Assembly (NCBI GenBank): GCA_951406725.2
Contig: OX597816.1
Span: 169,012,001-169,076,000, forward strand
Origin: Octopus vulgaris
Lineage: Eukaryota
DNA length: 64,000 nt
Reading direction: 5' to 3'
The position numbers were made by a program, and so were the translations under genes. Positions 60,395 to 64,000 of the stretch are shown in pieces (positions within the stretch are counted from its first letter, which is position 1; each line of letters begins with the position of its first letter). The notes beneath the pieces are model-generated. The model had not been told where the DNA came from, searched no databases, and was given only the letters and a program-made list of their open reading frames with translations.

Positions 60395-60503
60395 ATATAC
60401 ATATAAACATATATATATATATATCCATATACATATGAACATATATATATATATATATATAAATATACATATGTACATATATATATATATCCATATACAT
60501 ATG

Positions 60504-60551
<48 letters not shown>

Positions 60552-60684
60552 TACATATGTACATATATATATACATATATATGTATATATATATATATAC
60601 ATATATCCATATACATATGAACATATATATATATATATAAATATACATATGTACATATATATATATATATCCATATACGTATGA

Positions 60685-60732
<48 letters not shown>

Positions 60733-60862
60733 ATATACATATGTACATATATATATATACATATATATACACATAACACATATATCCATATGCATATGAA
60801 CATATATATATATATAAATATACATATGTACATATATATATATATATATAATAATATACATA

Positions 60863-60909
<47 letters not shown>

Positions 60910-60957
60910 CATATATCCATATGCATATGAACATATATATATATATAAATATACATA

Positions 60958-61038
<81 letters not shown>

Positions 61039-61522
61039 GTATATGTATATCTATATACACGTCTACATATACGTACATATATGTAATATTCTTGATTTTA
61101 ATTTGATTTTCTTCCCTGATAAACTGCTTTTGCCAGATGTGTAATGTAGTGTTTCTCTTGTGAATATTATGTATTATCTATTTCATCAACTAATTATTTA
61201 TTCAATTTTGTTGACGACATCAAATATTCAGTCAAAAACTGCTACTGATTTTATTTAATTAACTGAAAAGATTTGTTTCTGGTACCATGTGATACAGAGA
61301 TAGAGATTTCGTTTGTTCTTATTCACCTTATGCACTTTAAATATTGTTATTGTTAGTTTTCAGTCATAGGTCAGATATTATTGAGAAAACCTATGATCAA
61401 AATCATTGTAGTCATGATAGTAGCGCTTGCATTATCTACATTATCTAATGTGTCTTTTCCTTATTTATGCGTTAAAGTTGCAATATATTGCAGCTCTCCA
61501 TAGTTTTATATTATTTATACCA

Positions 61523-61665
61523 GTTCGGCAAAAGAGACCGATAGAATAAGTACTGGGCTTACAAAAAAAGAATAAGTCCCGGGGTCGAGTTGCTCGATTA
61601 AAGGCGGTGCTCCAGCATGGCCGCAGTCAAATGACTGAAACAAGTAAAAGAGTAAAAGAGAGAGA
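61523..61665 (+). mobile_element. SINE-B 3' fragment
   Basis: tail homology. Confidence 0.8.
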
Positions 61666-61714
61666 GTTATTTGAGAGCGATTTCGTTGATACTGCTGGCA
61701 TCATTTTATATAAT

Positions 61715-62091
61715 TTATACCAAGCTATGAGTCGCGACCCACAGATGGGTCGCGAACGGAATCTTAGTGGGTCGCAAAAAGTTATAAAATTACGCATTAG
61801 CTTTGATGAACTGCTGTCTATCGAGATAGTTCAAGACTTATGTTTTCAATACCAGACTTGTTGTTTTATCAAGCAGTACGCCTGAAACTATCACGCATTG
61901 AACCTGATGTTAATTCTATTATTGAGCGTAGCAAGAAACAGGCTCATCCTTCTCACAGGCCTCACTGAAGATGTAATCTGAAATAAATTTGTTAATTTCA
62001 TTAATGTTTTTACTCAGTAGAGTTAAGTGGGTCGTCATAAACTGGTGTGATAAATAGTGGGCCGCGACTCTAAAAAGTTTGGGGACCACTA
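61715..62091 (+). mobile_element. hAT (Charlie/Buster-like) 3' remnant
   Basis: IEPD..KQAHPSH C-terminus, gggtcgcg repeats, aaagtttggggaccact end. Confidence 0.6.
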
Positions 62092-62729
62092 ATTTATACA
62101 AACTGTTGAACATTTTAAAAAAGTTTATTTTTTTTCTTTGGAAATTTTTCGATGTTGTTGCTTAGTTCAGGTTAGGGTTAGAGTTATATCTAGGACAGTG
62201 AAGATGAGCTTATGACACGCAATGGATTTCAAAAATAATAAAAAAAAATAACTCACAGTAATTTCATACCGAAGAAAGCTTAACTATAAAAATTAAACAA
62301 CAATAGTAAATATTTACTTTACAAACACCATAGTTTCGGCTTCAGACCCAAGTGTCTTCTCTCATAACCTCGACATATTAAAGCCTTGCCGGTAAAATTT
62401 AGTTGATGGAAACTGTATGGAAGCCTGCCAGAGATATTATCCTTGTTTTTTTGTCGCTTGGCATAAGATCACTATTTGTCTTATGAATGTCTTTAGTGGA
62501 GTTTACACTGTTGTAAGCATTCAAATCAAGGCCCTGATATGAGAATAGCTACCTCTCTCCCTCCCAACTGTCTCGAAGGTTTTGAAAATGTATAGGGGCA
62601 TTGCTCTTCCTTCATTGACCAAGTCATAAAAATGACCAAGTCATAAAAATAGTTAGGGTGTTAGAAACTGGAAAACCGGGCCCATGAGCCTGGCTAGGCT
62701 TGAAAAGGGCGCATTTATTTATTTATGAG

Positions 62730-63020
62730 TGGAGGCATAAATAACCTAGTGGTTAGAGAAGTGGACTCGCGGTCGAGGGATTGTGGGTTCGAATCTCAGA
62801 CCGGGCGATGTGTGTGTTTATGAGCGAAACATCTAAGCTCCACGCGGCTCCAACAGAAGGTAATGGCGAACTTCTGCTGATTCTTTCTCTCCCTCTTTCC
62901 TCCTGCATCTTGCAGCTTACCTGCGACGGACCGGCGTCCCGTCCAGGTGGGGAACCTATACGCCAAGGAAACCGGGAAACCCGCCCTTATAAGCCAGGCA
63001 TGGCTCGAGAAGGAAGGACA
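62730..63020 (+). mobile_element. SINE with C-like head and V-like domain
   Basis: tgcgacggaccggcgtcccgtccag shared with SINE-D. Confidence 0.7.
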
Positions 63021-63395
63021 CTATTAAGTTGCATCCAACTCCAACATTGTCTTTCCGCTCCGTTTCTCTTGTCATCCAAAGTAGATCAGCCAAGCCTGCC
63101 AGCCCTGATCGATAAAACATTTTACTGAATCAATCATTCTCTGGACTGTAGTCCCGATAATATTGTTCTTGTTTAGTCTGACGCTGGTCTGATTGCGTAG
63201 AACTAATGTCAAAGGCAATCGACTTCATACAGATTTAAATTTGCAGGAATCGAAACTATCAAATCGATCACAACACTTTTGAGAAGACTCAGAGTAATAA
63301 CAGACCCATTACTTGTCTAACTTCTTTTTTTGTCTTATCTATAAAAACCAAAGTGTATGTTAATCAATGCTTCAAGATTGCAATATATTCCAGAA

Positions 63396-63778
63396 TGGAG
63401 GCGCAATGGCCCAGTGGTTAGGGCAGCGGACTCGCGGTCATAGGATCGCGGTTTCGATTCCCAGACCGGGCGTTGTGAGTGTTTATTGAGCGAAAACACC
63501 TAAAGCTCCACGAGGCTCCGGCAGGGGATGGTGGTGATCCCTGCTGTACTCTTTCACCACAACTTTCTCTCACTCTTACTTCGTGTTACTGTTGTACCTG
63601 TATTTCAAGGGGCCGGCCTTGTCACTCTCTGTGTCACGCTGAATATCCCCGAGAACTACGTTAAGGGCACACGTGTCTGTGGAGTGTTCAGCCACTTACA
63701 CGTTAATTTCACGAGCAGGCTGTTCCGTTGATTCGGATCAACCGGAACCCTCGTCGTCGTAACCGACGGAGTGCTTCC
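63396..63778 (+). mobile_element. SINE-C
   Basis: TSD atattccagaat. Confidence 0.9.
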
Positions 63779-64000
63779 ATATTCCAGAATAACGTTGTTT
63801 TCGTACAAGTTTTTTTCTTTTAATATATTTAGAAGTTTCGATGATGATGATGTTATTTAGTTCTAATTTAGCACTAATCGACCTATGATCAAAGACATTC
63901 TAGCCGTTGCCAGCCTGTCTATATACATGAAACAGCGATGGCGAGTCTATGAACTCGCTGCAGGAGTGGCATGCGAGCGATTTTGAAAAAAAACCCCCTC

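Noticed and set aside
62257-62283. 27-nt minus-strand micro-exon candidate (LSFLRYEIT) with AG/GTGAGT
   Set aside because: Does not resemble tetraspanin TM1/TM2 or the inner loop; unsupported without RNA-seq

Overview
AT-rich, microsatellite-dense eukaryotic DNA. The repeat families point to a coleoid cephalopod, probably Octopus (inference). One host gene is reconstructable and is almost invisible in the ORF track: the 3' five exons of a minus-strand tetraspanin (57368 down to 30896; TM3, EC2 with CCG/PQSCC/GC, TM4, stop; all introns phase 0). Its TM1-TM2 exons were not found and probably lie beyond the window end. The rest is mobile DNA: several tRNA-derived SINE families, a young 5'-truncated CR1-like LINE, remnants of R4/Dong, RTE, Gypsy, Merlin, pogo/Tigger, mariner and hAT elements, Helitron-like elements, MITEs and foldbacks. 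Most notable: (i) six type I hammerhead-ribozyme motifs from at least four short microsatellite-embedded inserts, one with a fully intact core; (ii) SINE multimers with an invariant junction in the head's hairpin loop; (iii) an ORF1-only zinc-knuckle retroelement that shares that SINE's tail and sits inside its head; (iv) a SINE/LINE tail pair with a compensatory stem change. Family names come from motif recognition only; no searches were run.
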